From positions 160,001 through 224,000 of the forward strand of contig OZ251539.1 of assembly GCA_965243135.1 (NCBI GenBank): a DNA stretch of 64,000 nt, given 5' to 3'. The DNA is from Alphaproteobacteria bacterium (GTDB taxonomy: Bacteria > Pseudomonadota > Alphaproteobacteria > MPNO01 > UBA830). The translations under genes were made by a program, and so were the position numbers. Of the stretch, positions 1-8,523 are shown one piece after another. Numbering within the stretch: the stretch's first letter is position 1; every line of letters begins with the position of its first letter. The notes under the pieces were generated by a model. It did no database searches and was not told where the DNA came from. It saw only the letters and a list, made by a program, of their open reading frames with translations.

Positions 1-1383
1 GCCCTTCTTGAGGAAATCGACCGCATGATTGCAAGAGGGGGAGACTATGCCTTCGCTGATTCTGCGGCAGGTGACCGCGGTTGGGTGTTTTGTCCTGAAT
101 ACGCTGGCCGCCGCCCGCTGAGAATTTCTCCCGATGACTGGAACACGCCGATCTTCATGTTCGGTCCTGCCCTCTTGCCGGACTCGGATTTCGGCTTCGA
201 CGCGGCATCCTCCGAGCCGTTGGACAAGCCAACCCGCTCGACGTTGGGCCAAACGGAACCCGAAAGCGACCCGAAATCCGGAAGAACGGACGGTTTGGGA
301 AAGTCGGAGGGTGACGTTGCCGTCTCGGACGACGACGATTCCATTCCGGCGATTGGCCTTGGCAAAAACGTCGCCACGAACGCCGATGTCCATTGGCGTC
401 TAGGGATCGACGGCAATCCTCATCTCCTGATCGCCGGTTTGCCGGGTATGGGCAAAACCACCTGTCTGGTGAACATGTGCAAGCAAATGGTCGCTGCGAA
501 CGTCCAGCCTCTGGTTTTTTCCTATCATCAGGATATCGACGAGAGGCTCGAAAAAGCCGTCGGAACGATCCGTTTCGTCGACTTCGATGGACTCGGTTTC
601 AACCCGCTACAGGTGATCGACCGAAATGCGCGCATGGCGCATCTCGATGTCGCCGGGGCCGTGCGGGATATCTTCGCCGCCATCTATCCCGAAATCGGAG
701 ACATACAGGCGGACCGTATTCGCAAAGCCATCAAGGAAAGCTTCGAAGAGGCAGGCTGGGCGTCCGGCGAAGCTGCCGCTTCGGAGCCGGCGTTCAGGCG
801 CTTCGTTGAAATTCTGCGTGCCGATCCAAATCCGGATAAGGGGCTGCGCACGTTGCTTGCGCGCCTCGGAGAACTGGACGATTACGGTTTCTTCGAGACG
901 GGCGACGAAGCGCAGGGAATTCTGTGGGACAGCGAACGGCCTACTGTCGTTCGCATTCACGCGACGCAGAATGACAACTTGCAAAAAGCGTTCGCGTATC
1001 TCGTCTTCTATGGCTTGTACAAGGACATGTTCCGCCGGGGGATGCAGGGTCGGATCACTCACGCGTTGATTTTCGACGAGGCGCATCGCGCCGCCCGCCT
1101 CAAGCTCGTTCCGACGATGGCGAAGGAGTGCCGCAAATACGGTATCTCTTTGGTCCTTGCGTCCCAGGAGGCGCGGGATTTCGATATTTCCGTGTTTTCT
1201 GCCGTCGCTAACTATCTCGTTCTCCGTTCGACCGAAACCGATGCGAAATTTCTCGTCAGGAACGTTTCGAACTCGAAGCAAGAGCGGGATCTGATTGATC
1301 GGATCAAGCAAATGGACAAATTCAAAGCCCTCTACTTCGGAGAAGGAAAAAGCCGACCTTCGTATCTGGCCTTGTCGCCATAA
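1..1383 (+). CDS. HerA/FtsK-superfamily (DUF87-type) ATPase, DptH/DndH-like C-terminal region; 5'-truncated by the window edge
   Basis: Frame 1 is open from base 1 (ALLEEIDR-MIAR...). Walker A HLLIAGLPGMGKTT, Walker B LIFDEAHR, and the HerA-type R-K-Y-G...LASQ motif. GC is visibly lower than in the flanking core genes. Confidence 0.7.
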   Translation, partial: ALLEEIDRMIARGGDYAFADSAAGDRGWVFCPEYAGRRPLRISPDDWNTPIFMFGPALLPDSDFGFDAASSEPLDKPTRSTLGQTEPESDPKSGRTDGLGKSEGDVAVSDDDDSIPAIGLGKNVATNADVHWRLGIDGNPHLLIAGLPGMGKTTCLVNMCKQMVAANVQPLVFSYHQDIDERLEKAVGTIRFVDFDGLGFNPLQVIDRNARMAHLDVAGAVRDIFAAIYPEIGDIQADRIRKAIKESFEEAGWASGEAAASEPAFRRFVEILRADPNPDKGLRTLLARLGELDDYGFFETGDEAQGILWDSERPTVVRIHATQNDNLQKAFAYLVFYGLYKDMFRRGMQGRITHALIFDEAHRAARLKLVPTMAKECRKYGISLVLASQEARDFDISVFSAVANYLVLRSTETDAKFLVRNVSNSKQERDLIDRIKQMDKFKALYFGEGKSRPSYLALSP

Positions 1384-1399
1384 TTATGCGGTTCGCCGT

Positions 1400-1684
1400 G
1401 ACGTGAATACTGGGGATCGAAAATGAACAAGGCCGCTGACCGTGTACTATAGTGATGACGATTGGCTGGCCTTGAGCATGAACCCGGACGAATCCAGCGA
1501 GGAGACCGGAATTCTTGCTGCGGTCGAGATCTATGGGACGGCTAGGTCGTCGACCGGTGCCACGGCCGAGCCGGAAGGATCGTTCAGGGTGTCTTTTCTG
1601 AACAAGTTGGCAGCCTGCGACGCGTCCGATATTTCGGAAGATGGGCTTCGAAGTGACGTGGTCGTCGCGCGGCGTCATCCGTAA
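1400..1684 (+). pseudogene. Possible gene remnant (acidic 80-aa ORF with no clear start)
   Basis: ORF 1442-1684 reads like a protein fragment and shares the lower GC of the ATPase gene. Protein-like sequence (ILGIENEQG) lies just upstream in another frame. Confidence 0.25.
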
Positions 1685-1935
1685 CGGGCCCGTTGTGATG
1701 TCCGGCGTACTTGCTTCGTCTACTTGTTTCGTCCGCCGCCGACCGTGGCGGCGGGTCCGGCTGGGGGCGGAAGACACGGCATCCTCTATCTTTCCGAACC
1801 GAAGCGGTTCGTGCGCGTCCGGCGGAGCGGCCGCGCATGTGCGTTGCCGAACGGCGGGACGACTTGAGGGGGCTGTTCGTTGACGGGTTTGCGAACGCAA
1901 GTGCGCTTCGGACATGAACGGAAGGCGCTCCGCGC

Positions 1936-3270
1936 ATGACCGAACCGAACTGCGCAGCCATCGTCCTCGCCGCCGGCAAGGGCACCCGCATGAAATCGGA
2001 TCTGCCGAAGGTGCTGCACCGGGTGGCCGGCAGGCCCATGATTCTGCACCTTCTCGACGCGCTGGACGATGCGGCGGTGACGCGCAGGGTCGTCGTCGTC
2101 GCGCCCGGCATGGACGAGGTCGCCGCCGCGGTCGCGCCGGCGCCGGTCGCGATCCAGGCGGAAGCCTTGGGCACGGGGCACGGGGCCTTGGCGGCGCGGG
2201 ACGCGCTCGACGGTTTCGCGGGCGACATCCTTGTCCTGTTCGGCGATACCCCGCTGCTGCGGCCGGAAACGATCCGGAGGATGCTCGAGGCCAGACGAGC
2301 CGGTTCCGCCCTTGTCGCGCTCGGCTTCAGGCCCGCCGACCCGGCGGAGTACGGCAGGCTGGTGGTCGCCGGGGACGGTGGATTGCGGTCCATCGTCGAA
2401 TACCGCGACGCATCCGAGGAACAGCGCGCCATCGGACTGTGCAACGCGGGAATCATGGCGGTCGACGGCGCGGTTCTGTTCTCCCTGCTGGAGGCCGTGG
2501 GAAACGACAACGCGAAGGCCGAATACTATCTGACCGGCATCGTCGCGGTCGCCCGCGCCCGCGGACTGCCTTGCTCCGTCGTCGAAGCGTTCGATCCTCT
2601 GGAGATGATGGGCGTGAACGGACGCGCCGATCTCGCGGCCGCCGAGGCGGCGATGCAGGCCCGCCTTCGCGCCCGGGCGATGGCGGGCGGCGCGACCCTG
2701 ATCGATCCCGAAACCGTCTGGTTCGCCGCCGACACGCGGATCGGACGCGACGTGACGATCGGCCCCTGCGTCGCGTTCGGGCCCGGCGTGACGATCGGCG
2801 ACTCCGCGGAGATCCGCGCCTTCAGCCATATCGAGGGAGCGAAGATCGAAGCCGGCGCCGTCGTCGGCCCGTTCGCGCGCCTGCGGCCCGGCGCGGAAAT
2901 CGGACGCGGCGCGCGCATCGGCAACTTCGTCGAGATCAAGGAGGCGCTCGTCGGAGAGGACGCGCGCATCGGCCACCTTTCCTATGTCGGCGACGCGAAA
3001 GTCGGCGACCGCGCCAACATCGGGGCTGGAACGATCACCTGCAATTACGACGGTTTCTCGAAGCACAGGACGGACATCGGCGCCGGCGCCTTCATTGGAT
3101 CCAACGCCGCGCTCGTGGCGCCGGTAACCGTCGGGGACGGCGCGGTCGTCGGAGCCGGCTCGGTCGTCACCGTCGCGGTCGGGCGCGACGCGCTCGCCGT
3201 CGCACGGGGCAGGCAGCGGAATCTGGAAGGTTGGGCCAGAGCCTTCCGCAAGCGGAAGGCGAACGGCTGA
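1936..3270 (+). CDS. glmU: Bifunctional UDP-GlcNAc pyrophosphorylase/glucosamine-1-phosphate N-acetyltransferase
   Basis: LAAGKGTRMKSDLPKVLH, GTGH, EYYLT, GPFARLRPG, GNFVEIK, NIGAGTITCNYDG and hexapeptide repeats; adjacent to glmS. Confidence 0.97.
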   Translation: MTEPNCAAIVLAAGKGTRMKSDLPKVLHRVAGRPMILHLLDALDDAAVTRRVVVVAPGMDEVAAAVAPAPVAIQAEALGTGHGALAARDALDGFAGDILVLFGDTPLLRPETIRRMLEARRAGSALVALGFRPADPAEYGRLVVAGDGGLRSIVEYRDASEEQRAIGLCNAGIMAVDGAVLFSLLEAVGNDNAKAEYYLTGIVAVARARGLPCSVVEAFDPLEMMGVNGRADLAAAEAAMQARLRARAMAGGATLIDPETVWFAADTRIGRDVTIGPCVAFGPGVTIGDSAEIRAFSHIEGAKIEAGAVVGPFARLRPGAEIGRGARIGNFVEIKEALVGEDARIGHLSYVGDAKVGDRANIGAGTITCNYDGFSKHRTDIGAGAFIGSNAALVAPVTVGDGAVVGAGSVVTVAVGRDALAVARGRQRNLEGWARAFRKRKANG

Positions 3271-5087
3271 TGTGCGGCATCATCGGCATCATCGGCAGGG
3301 CCGAGGCCGCGCCGCTTCTGCTCGACGGACTGCGGCGGCTCGAATACCGCGGGTACGATTCCGCCGGCGTCGCCACCCTGGTCGGCGGCGGCATCGAACG
3401 GCGGCGCGCCGAGGGCAAGATCGACAGGCTCGCCGCGCTGCTGGAATCGCGGCCGCTGTCCGGAACCATCGGCATCGGCCACACCCGCTGGGCGACTCAC
3501 GGATCGCCGAACGAAACCAATGCCCATCCGCACGCCGACGGCCGCGTCGTGCTGGTGCACAACGGAATCATCGAGAACTTCCGGGAGCTTCGCCGCGAAC
3601 TCGCCGACGCCGGGCGCGAATTCACGACGGAAACCGACACCGAGGCCGTGGTCCACCTCGTCAGCAGCCATCTCGCGGCGGGCTGCGCGCCGGCCGAGGC
3701 GGTCGCGTTCGCGCTCGAACGGCTGGAGGGCGCGTTCGCGCTCGCCATGCTCTTCGCCGGACATCACGACCTGATGATCGCCGCCCGCCGCGGAAGCCCG
3801 CTCGCCGTCGGCTACGGCGACGGCGAAATGTACGTGGGCTCCGACTCCCTCGCGCTCGCGCCGCTCACCCGGCGCATCTGCTTTCTCGAAGAAGGGGACT
3901 GGGCCGAGGTCTCCGCTTCCGGCGCCGTCGTTCGCGACCGGTCCGGCGCGGTCGTCGAACGCGAGATCCGGCAGACCGTGGCCTCGGGCGCGATGATCGG
4001 CAAGGGGAATTACCCTCACTTCATGCTCAAGGAAATCTACGAGCAGCCGGCGGCGATCGGCGACGCGCTGCGCTCCGTCGCCGGGAGCGGCGGCGTCGCG
4101 TTGCCGGAGCTGTCCATCGATCCCCGGTCGATTCCGCGAGTGTCGATCGTCGCCTGCGGCACGTCCTTCCACGCCGGCATGGTCGCGCGTTACTGGATCG
4201 AGAGGATCGCCCGGATTCCGGCCGACGTCGAGATCGCGTCCGAGTTCCGCTACCGCGGCGTCGACATGCCGCCGGGCGGGCTGGCGCTGTTCGTTTCGCA
4301 GTCGGGCGAAACCGCCGACACGCTGGCGGCGCTGAGGTACGCCCGCGACCGGGGCCAGCGCGTGCTGTCCGTGGTCAACCACGCGGAAAGCACCATGGCG
4401 CGCGAGTCCCACGCGGTCCTCCTCACCCGCGCCGGACCGGAAATCGGCGTCGCTTCCACCAAGGCGTTCACGACGCAGCTGACCGTCCTGGCCGGCCTGG
4501 CGGTCGGCATGGCGTCCGCGCGCGGCCGGATCGACGGGGATCGCGAGGCGGCGCTCTGCCGCGCGCTGGCGGAAGTGCCGTCGCGGGCGAACGAGGTGCT
4601 GGTTCGCGACGAGGCCGTCGCCGCTCTCGCGCGGAAGGTCGCCGATGCGCGGGACGTTCTCTATCTCGGGCGCGGCACGAGTTACCCCGTCGCGTTGGAG
4701 GGCGCCCTCAAGCTCAAGGAGATTTCCTACATCCATGCCGAGGGTTACGCCGCCGGGGAAATGAAGCATGGACCGATCGCCCTGATCGACGACCAGGTGC
4801 CGGTGGTCGCGATCGCGCCGACGGACGATCTCTTCGACAAGACGGAGTCCAATCTGCAGGAAGTCGCCGCGCGCGGCGGCCGCGTGATCCTGTTCTCGGA
4901 CGCGGCGGGAATCGAACGGCTGGGCGACCTCGCGGCGGCGGGAATCGAACTGCCCGCCGTCGATCCCTTCGTCGCTCCGATCCTTTACGCCGTCCCGGTG
5001 CAGTTGCTGGCGTACCACGTCGCCGTGCTCAAGGGGACGGACGTCGACCAGCCGCGCAACCTCGCGAAGTCGGTGACAGTGGAATAG
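3270..5087 (+). CDS. glmS: Glutamine--fructose-6-phosphate aminotransferase (isomerizing)
   Basis: Starts MCGIIG at ATG 3270, overlapping the glmU stop (TGATG). Contains LEYRGYDSAG, GHTRWATHG and SQSGET, and ends DQPRNLAKSVTVE. The 1914 start in the ORF track is an over-extension. Confidence 0.98.
   Translation: MCGIIGIIGRAEAAPLLLDGLRRLEYRGYDSAGVATLVGGGIERRRAEGKIDRLAALLESRPLSGTIGIGHTRWATHGSPNETNAHPHADGRVVLVHNGIIENFRELRRELADAGREFTTETDTEAVVHLVSSHLAAGCAPAEAVAFALERLEGAFALAMLFAGHHDLMIAARRGSPLAVGYGDGEMYVGSDSLALAPLTRRICFLEEGDWAEVSASGAVVRDRSGAVVEREIRQTVASGAMIGKGNYPHFMLKEIYEQPAAIGDALRSVAGSGGVALPELSIDPRSIPRVSIVACGTSFHAGMVARYWIERIARIPADVEIASEFRYRGVDMPPGGLALFVSQSGETADTLAALRYARDRGQRVLSVVNHAESTMARESHAVLLTRAGPEIGVASTKAFTTQLTVLAGLAVGMASARGRIDGDREAALCRALAEVPSRANEVLVRDEAVAALARKVADARDVLYLGRGTSYPVALEGALKLKEISYIHAEGYAAGEMKHGPIALIDDQVPVVAIAPTDDLFDKTESNLQEVAARGGRVILFSDAAGIERLGDLAAAGIELPAVDPFVAPILYAVPVQLLAYHVAVLKGTDVDQPRNLAKSVTVE
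5052..5087 (+). other. attTn7-type TnsD recognition sequence (3' end of glmS)
   Basis: Encodes the conserved PRNLAKSVTVE, the established TnsD target. No tns genes are present in the window. Confidence 0.5.
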
Positions 5088-5168
5088 CGCGCCGGCGGTC
5101 CGAGCCGCGCGCTCTGTTCGTGACGTCTTGAAATGCGGACAGCTTTCAAGGGGCGCAATTTTTGCTCG

Positions 5169-5197
5169 GGTACGGAAAACTGCGAATTTTCCGTACC
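5169..5197. terminator. Perfect 11-bp hairpin downstream of glmS (possible terminator or processing stem)
   Basis: GGTACGGAAAA-ctgcgaa-TTTTCCGTACC; no clear U-tract. Confidence 0.4.
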
Positions 5198-5710
5198 GAT
5201 GCCGGGATTTTCGCAGATTCCACCCCAAGGCCGGCCGGACGCCGCCTTCCTGCGGAACGGCCGCGCCGGGCAAAAACCGGCCAAGGGGTTCGCCGCGGGT
5301 AGTGTTGTCGGCATCCGCAACGCTGCGAGATGCCCACGGAACATTCTTTTCCTGGGTCGACAGCCCGTGCGACCTCCAGCGTCTGGCGACGGTTCTCGAA
5401 GCGCTGCTGGAGCGGCGAGCGGCGCAGGCGCGACGACTACCCGATTGGCGTGGCGCGCGACGGTCGCCGGCCTTCAGCACGAGCGGGTCGCTGATTCGGG
5501 AACCCAACCGCAACCCGGCGCGCGTTGTGCGGATCCGCTCGACTGGCAGGGCAAGCCGAAGGCCAAGGACGGCGGCAAGCCGCAAACGCCATCTCCGGTC
5601 CCGAAACCAATGCCCGGCGGGGCGTTCCAGGGACCGCGGGACGTCAGCCGGGCGGCAGGCCGACAAAAATGGCGCAGCGCGAACGGCTCTCTTGAACATT
5701 TCATAAATGC

Positions 5711-5731
5711 TCTATAAGTTCGTCTTATAGA
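5711..5731. promoter_or_regulatory. AT-rich operator-like palindrome upstream of the rpn gene
   Basis: TCTATAAG-ttcgt-CTTATAGA (8-5-8) in an AT-rich patch about 60 bp upstream of ATG 5790. Confidence 0.45.
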
Positions 5732-5789
5732 TTGACTTTCGGCACGCGCCCCCGCCGACCGGGGCGCCGACCGGGGAGGAGAAGGAACG

Positions 5790-7034
5790 ATGAACGACGA
5801 CGCCAAGTACAAATCCCTGTTCAGCCATCCGCGAGTGCGCCGCGACCTGCTGCGCGGCTTCGTTTCGAAAGAGCTGGCCGACCGGCTCGACCTCGACACC
5901 CTGCAGGCGATGCCGACGGAGTTCGTGGACGCCCGGCTGGGACAGCAGCGCAGCGACATGGTCTGGCGCGTGAACTTCCGCGAGGGGGACGGCGAACTCT
6001 ACGTCGTCGTCCTGACGGAGTTCCAGTCGACGGTCGACCAGGACATGCCGCTGCGCATGATCAAGTACACGGCGCAGATATACACGAAGCTGCAGGAGGA
6101 AAAGCGGTTGCCCGGCGGGAAGCTGCCGCCGGTGCTGCCGGTGGTGGTCTACAGCGGCGAGAGGCGGTGGTCGGCGCCGCAGGAAATGAAGGAGATGGTC
6201 GGGCCGGTCGACGAGGAGCTTCAGCCGTTCCAGTTGCAGCAGCGCTATTTTCTGCTTGACCTTCGCCGGGTGGGCGTCGAGGATGCGATGCTGGACAACG
6301 TGCTGTACGCGCAGGCACTGGTCGAGCAAGGCCGGTGGGAGGATCTGTGGCCGGCGCTGTCGGCGTTGCAGGAGGCGACCGACCCGGAGGCCGATGCGAA
6401 GCTTCGCGGTCTGGTTGCGGCGTTGGTGCGTCAGGCGGCGGAGGGCAGCGGGCAGTTGACCGGCGAGACGCTGAACAAGCTGAGGTCGTTCGAGGAGACA
6501 GGGGAGTTGGGAGAGATGGGATCGTTGTTGGCCAAACGGATGGATCAGGCTGTCGACGAGAGTCGGGCCAGGGGCTGGGCCGAGGGCAGGGAGCTGGGCC
6601 TCTCCGAAGGCAAGGAGCGAGGGCTGACCGAGGGCAGGGAACTGGGCCTTTCCGAAGGCAAGGAGCAAGGGCTGACCGAGGGCAGGGAACTGGGCCTTTC
6701 CGAAGGCAAGGAGCAAGGGCTGACCGAGGGCAGGGAACTGGGCCTCTCCGAAGGCAAGGAGCAAGGGCTGACCGAGGGCAGGGAACTGGGCCTCTCCGAA
6801 GGCAGGGAACTTGGCTTCTCCGAAGGCAAGGAGCAAGGACTGGAACGACAGCGGGCGATCTTGTTGCGTCAGGCGGCGCGGAAGTTCGGTGCGGGCACGG
6901 CGACGCGTCTTGAGGCGCTGCTGGCCGCGATCGACGATCCCGACCGTCTTGCCGTGCTCGGCGATCACGTGATCGACAGCGACGACGGCGAGGAGTTGCT
7001 GTCGCGCGCGACGGGCGCCGCCAGGCTGCACTGA
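5790..7034 (+). CDS. Rpn/YhgA-like recombination-promoting nuclease (PD-(D/E)XK, Transposase_31 family) with C-terminal GxxEG repeats
   Basis: D-x-x-YKSLFSHP, RSDMVWRV, EFQSTVDQDMPLRM and LPPVLPVVVYSGERRW motifs, an EGxExG repeat tail, and RBS GAAGGA before the ATG. Confidence 0.9.
   Translation: MNDDAKYKSLFSHPRVRRDLLRGFVSKELADRLDLDTLQAMPTEFVDARLGQQRSDMVWRVNFREGDGELYVVVLTEFQSTVDQDMPLRMIKYTAQIYTKLQEEKRLPGGKLPPVLPVVVYSGERRWSAPQEMKEMVGPVDEELQPFQLQQRYFLLDLRRVGVEDAMLDNVLYAQALVEQGRWEDLWPALSALQEATDPEADAKLRGLVAALVRQAAEGSGQLTGETLNKLRSFEETGELGEMGSLLAKRMDQAVDESRARGWAEGRELGLSEGKERGLTEGRELGLSEGKEQGLTEGRELGLSEGKEQGLTEGRELGLSEGKEQGLTEGRELGLSEGRELGFSEGKEQGLERQRAILLRQAARKFGAGTATRLEALLAAIDDPDRLAVLGDHVIDSDDGEELLSRATGAARLH
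6516..7034 (+). CDS. Putative nested in-frame small protein (RpnS-like antitoxin, 172 aa)
   Basis: Purine-rich RBS-like GGGGAGTTGGGAGAG directly before in-frame ATG 6516 (MGSLLAKRM...), at the nuclease/C-tail boundary where RpnS starts are known in E. coli Rpn proteins. Confidence 0.55.
   Translation: MGSLLAKRMDQAVDESRARGWAEGRELGLSEGKERGLTEGRELGLSEGKEQGLTEGRELGLSEGKEQGLTEGRELGLSEGKEQGLTEGRELGLSEGRELGFSEGKEQGLERQRAILLRQAARKFGAGTATRLEALLAAIDDPDRLAVLGDHVIDSDDGEELLSRATGAARLH
6582..6845 (+). repeat. Coding VNTR, 11 x 24 bp (alternating EGRELGLS/EGKEQGLT, 48-bp period)
   Basis: Directly visible repeats of gagggcagggaactgggcctytccgaaggcaaggagcaagggctgacc. Confidence 0.9.
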
Positions 7035-7195
7035 GCCGCGCCTCGCCCCCCGGAGCTCGCGGCGCGGTCGCGCCCGGCGGCGGAGCGAAGCTGCCGGTCC
7101 CCGCCCCGGCGCTCTTCCGGCCGAACATGCCCGCGGCAGCTGGAAAGCGGACCCGGAAGCAGACGCAAAAAAGGGCGCAGCGCAAACGCTTCGGT

Positions 7196-7798
7196 CCGAC
7201 CGGCTCGACCTCGACACCCTGCAGGCGATGCCGACGGAGTTCGTGGACGCCCGGCCGGGACAGCAGCGCAGCGACATGGTCTGGCGCGTGAACTTCCGCG
7301 AGGGGGACGGCGAACTCTACGTCGTCGTCCTGACGGAGTTCCAGTCGACGGTCGACCAGGACATGCCGCTGTGCATGGTACACGGCGCAGCACGAAGCTG
7401 CAGGAGGAAAAGCAATCGCCCGGCGGGAAGCTGCCGCCGGTGGTGCCGGTGGTGGTCTACAGCGGGGAGGCGCGGTGGTCGGCGCCGCGGGAGGGAGATG
7501 GTCGGGCCGGTCGACGAGGAGCTTGAGCCAACTGCAACGCTACTTTCTGCTTGACCTTCGCGGGCGTCGAGGATGCGATGCTGGACAACGTGCTGTAAGC
7601 GCAGGCGCTGGTCGAGCAAGGCCGGTGGGAGGAACTGCGGCCGGCGCTGTCGGCGTTGCAGGAGGCGACCGACCCGGAGACGGAGGCGAAGCTTCGCGGC
7701 TTGGTTGCGGCGTTGGTGCGTCAGGCGGCGGAGGGCAGTTGACCGGCGAGACGCTGAAGAAGCTGAAGTCGTTCGAGGAGACAGGGGAGCTGGGAGAG
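7196..7798 (+). pseudogene. Inactivated nuclease half of the second rpn copy
   Basis: Lacks the first ~29 codons. Relative to copy 1 it carries several frameshifting deletions and a TAC>TAA stop (about 7596). Confidence 0.85.
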
Positions 7799-8293
7799 AT
7801 GGGGTCGTTGTTGGCCAAACGGATGGATCAGGCTGTCGACGAGAGTCGGGCCAGGGGCTGGGCCGAGGGCAAGGAGCTGGGGCTGACCGAGGGCAGGGAG
7901 CAAGGGCTGACCGAAGGCAGGGAGCAAGGGCTGACCGAAGGCAGGGAGCAAGGGCTGACCGAAGGCAGGGAGCAAGGGCTGACCGAAGGCAGGGAGCAAG
8001 GGCTGACCGAAGGCAGGGAGCAAGGGCTGACCGAAGGCAGGGAGCAAGGGCTGACCGAAGGCAGGGAGCTGGGCTTCTCCGAAGGCAAGGAGCAAGGGCT
8101 GGAACGACAGCGGGCGATCTTGTTGCGTCAGGCGGCGCGGAAGTTCGGTGCGGGCACGGCGACGCGCCTCGAGACGCTGCTGGCCGCGATCGACGATCCC
8201 GACCGTCTCGCCGCGCTCGGCGATCACGTGATCGACAGCGACGGCGGCGAGGAGTTGCTGTCGCGCGCGGCGGGCGCCGCCAGGCTGCACTGA
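7799..8293 (+). CDS. Intact RpnS-like C-terminal ORF of the second rpn copy (164 aa)
   Basis: RBS GGGGAGCTGGGAGAG and ATG 7799 are retained. The frame is open to the same stop as copy 1, with only substitutions and one fewer 24-bp repeat. Confidence 0.55.
   Translation: MGSLLAKRMDQAVDESRARGWAEGKELGLTEGREQGLTEGREQGLTEGREQGLTEGREQGLTEGREQGLTEGREQGLTEGREQGLTEGRELGFSEGKEQGLERQRAILLRQAARKFGAGTATRLETLLAAIDDPDRLAALGDHVIDSDGGEELLSRAAGAARLH
7865..8104 (+). repeat. Coding VNTR, 10 x 24 bp (7 x EGREQGLT)
   Basis: Visible gaaggcagggagcaagggctgacc repeats. Confidence 0.9.
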
Positions 8294-8523
8294 GCCGCGC
8301 CTCGCCCCCGGAGCTTGCGGCGCGGTCGCGCCCGGCGGCGGAGCGAAGCTGCCGGTCCCCGCCCCGGCGCTCTTCCGGCTGAACGTGCCCGCGGCAGCCG
8401 GAGAGCGGACCCGGAAGCAGGCGCGAAAAAGGGCGCAGCGCAAACGCTTCGGTCCGTCGGCGCGGTGACACCGCGAGGCCGCAGCGATATAGTGCGGTGC
8501 GCGCGAACTCTGGAGAATTGCAT

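Larger units (their letters stand above)
5878..8456 (+). repeat. Tandem duplication of the rpn region (unit 1 5878-7198, unit 2 7196-8456)
   Basis: 7196 restarts with ccgaccggctcgacctcgacaccctgcag, as at 5878. The 3' flank ...gcaaacgcttcggtccg occurs at both 7198 and 8456. The junction has 3-bp CCG microhomology. Confidence 0.9.

Noticed and set aside
1914-3269. Apparent 1057-aa GlmS with a long N-terminal extension
   Set aside because: The extension overlaps glmU out of frame. GlmS needs its N-terminal Cys, which follows ATG 3270.
5115-5140. TGT-starting sequence 27 bp after the glmS stop as a Tn7-like end, loosely similar to the IR at 22697-22713
   Set aside because: No tns genes, no repeated TnsB sites and no matching target-site duplication were found. 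Pairing it with 22712 would enclose housekeeping genes.
5681-5697. Alphaproteobacterial LexA box upstream of rpn
   Set aside because: The GAAC-GAAC spacing is 9 bp rather than the canonical 7.
5128-5717. ORFs 5128-5706 and 5133-5717
   Set aside because: No RBS or recognisable domain, with low-complexity translations expected by chance at this GC.
6582-8104. 24/48-bp repeats as a CRISPR array
   Set aside because: No unique spacers; the repeats are in-frame coding units, and no cas genes are present.
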